From: Okamejei kenojei | Taxonomy: Eukaryota | Direction: 5' to 3' | Assembly: GCA_035221665.1 (NCBI GenBank) | Contig: CM069160.1 | Location: forward strand, 15,314,001 to 15,378,000 | Length of the DNA stretch: 64,000 nt | Shown: piece by piece, positions 62,077 to 64,000 of the stretch | Numbering within the stretch: position 1 is the first letter of the stretch | Layout: each line of letters begins with the position of its first letter | Made by a program: the position numbers and the translations under genes | Notes under the pieces: generated by a model | Database searches by the model: none | What the model was told of the DNA's origin: nothing | The model's input: the letters and a program-made list of their open reading frames with translations, nothing else

Positions 62077-63707
62077 NNNNNNNNNNNNNNNNNNNNNNNN
62101 NNNNNNNNNNNNNNNNNNNNNNNNNNNNNNNNNNNNNNNNNNNNNNNNNNNNNNNNNNNNNNNNNNNNNNNNNNNNNNNNNNNNNNNNNNNNNNNNNNNN
62201 NNNNNNNNNNNNNNNNNNNNNNNNNNNNNNNNNNNNNNNNNNNNNNNNNNNNNNNNNNNNNNNNNNNNNNNNNNNNNNNNNNNNNNNNNNNNNNNNNNNN
62301 NNNNNNNNNNNNNNNNNNNNNNNNNNNNNNNNNNNNNNNNNNNNNNNGGGGTGTGGTGAGGGGGTGTGTGTGTGTGAGGGGGTGTGTGTGTGTGANNNNN
62401 NNNNNNNNNNNNNNNNNNNNNNNNNNNNNNNNNNNNNNNNNNNNNNNNNNNNNNNNNNNNNNNNNNNNNNNNNNNNNNNNNNNNNNNNNNNNNNNNNNNN
62501 NNNNNNNNNNNNNNNNNNNNNNNNNNNNNNNNNNNNNNNNNNNNNNNNNNNNNNNNNNNNNNNNNNNNNNNNNNNNNNNNNNNNNNNNNNNNNNNNNNNN
62601 NNNNNNNNNNNNNNAGATTTACAGCGCGGAAACAGGCCCTTCGGCCCACCGGGTCCGCGCCGACCAGCGATCCCCCCACACTAACACCACCCTACACCCA
62701 CTTGGGACAATTTTCACATTTACCAAGCCAATTAACCTACAGATCTGTACGGCTTTGGAGTGCGGGAGGAACCGAAGATTGTTCTCTGGTGGGAAAAAGA
62801 AGAAAACACTCGCAGAGCACAGGGGAGAAGTACAAACTCCGTACAGACTGCATCCGTAATCGGGATCGAACCCGGGTTTTTTGTTGTCCGGGCGCTATGA
62901 GGCAGCAACTCTACCGCTGCCCCACCGTGATCAGCCGTGATTGAATGGCAGAGTAGACTAGATGGGCCGAATGGCCTAATTCTGCTCTATCACTTATAGG
63001 GACTTGCCGCACCTACCTCCTCTTGGCAGCTTGTTCCACTCACCCACCATTCTATGTGTGAATAAAGTTGCCTTCAGGTTCCTGTTATTCGTTTACCTCT
63101 CAACGTCAACCTAAGGGTGGCACGGTGGCGCAGCGGTAGAGTTGCTGCCTCACAGCGCCGGAGATCCTGGTTCAATCCTGACCACTGGAGCTGTCTGTGC
63201 GGAGTTTGTACGTTTCTCCCCGTGACCCACGTGGGTTTTCTCTGGTTGGTCCGAATGAATTCCATGGCGCTCCCATTACAAGATGAATGCGTAACTCCCA
63301 TAGCTGTTGGAACCTGATGAGCAGGCATTCAGGGTCTTGAATAGATTCAGCTGGAACAATCTGGACATCAGCAGCATTGAACTGGGCCGGTTGATCATGA
63401 AATCTTCTGGCACATCGAGCAGCCTCTGTGCCTTGCCAGGTGAAGGAGAATAGAGGCACGAACATCCGGAGCGACTACAGCGTGCAACGCATGCACATAC
63501 ACAGTGAAATCTTCATCAAAGATGTCCCATCGCTTGGCGATGTCGCCATCAAACACCAAAGGCTCTGGTTTGTGAACTGCTGACGCCATGGTAAACGCAC
63601 AAACTGGACACAAAAACAAACTAAAATAAAGGTAAAACGACTTGCAGTTGTATTGGGCTCTGGTGAGACCACATCTGGAGTATTTTGCACAGTTTTGGTC
63701 TCCTAAT

Positions 63708-64000
63708 TGATTTTAGGTTTGCACCCAAAAGTAACTCCAATAAAGAAGGGGTACGTACATATATATATATATATTATATAAAATTACCTCAGTGTAAGGA
63801 TTTGATGGTATAAACCATACAAAACATCATTTTATATACACTTTCACAGTGTAAGAACAATTTATTAAAATGGAAACATCTTCAACATTGAAATACAGTT
63901 GTTATTAACAAAGTGTTAATCAAATATTACAGGTGCTTGAAATTTATTAAAATGGGTCAAGCGGTGCAAGTTAAAACATTGTCTAAAGGATTAAAACCAG
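63708..64000 (+). mobile_element. DIRS copy 1 paralogue (runs off window)
   Basis: Near-identical reverse complement of 13055-13343, with the same CR1 junction. Confidence 0.85.

Larger units (their letters stand above)
50996..64000 (-). repeat. Inverted paralogue of 13055-31951
   Basis: Collinear gag, SINEs, G tract, satellite, CR1 and L1s; differs by three insertions and by array length. Confidence 0.95.

Noticed and set aside
1-64000. Whole-window inversion as a simple missed-adapter chimera, or as a circular/viral element
   Set aside because: The arms are permuted rather than mirror-symmetric and differ by transposon insertions. There are no viral or replication genes, so a tandem array is the simpler explanation.

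Overview
Eukaryotic, repeat-dense vertebrate DNA. The HE1-type V-SINEs, CR1, Rex1, L1 and Penelope-derived repeats point to a cartilaginous fish, probably a skate or ray (inference). The only host gene I can support is an NKp30/NCR3-like immunoglobulin-superfamily receptor with non-rearranging, germline-joined VJ domains. On the minus strand it reads: 46-nt leader exon (4540-4495), V1 (3044-2706), V2 (1522-1193), then off the window. A second, error-rich copy on the plus strand (36391-49110) adds a third V domain, a transmembrane exon and a candidate micro-exon. The two halves either side of an exact 500-N gap (31952-32451) are inverted, circularly permuted versions of one ~36-41 kb unit, most simply a tandem array of receptor-gene units. 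The two copies of that unit differ by three transposon insertions (DIRS and CR1 in one, Hero-like in the other), so they are distinct paralogues or haplotypes. The notable mobile elements are: (i) a 4.9-kb DIRS element with intact ITR/ICR termini and fully decayed, A-rich coding regions that nevertheless appears to be the younger insertion; (ii) a non-autonomous Helitron carrying a 73-79-bp palindromic satellite and two tandem 3' ends; (iii) a P-like MITE with a 7-bp TSD inside a solo LTR; (iv) minimal hammerhead-ribozyme cores; (v) three insertions with unusually long flanking duplications (37, ~66-70 and ~81 bp). Much of 22.5-50 kb looks like unpolished long-read consensus, so frameshifts there are unreliable. 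All alignments and counts were done by eye, and repeat-family names are motif-based.
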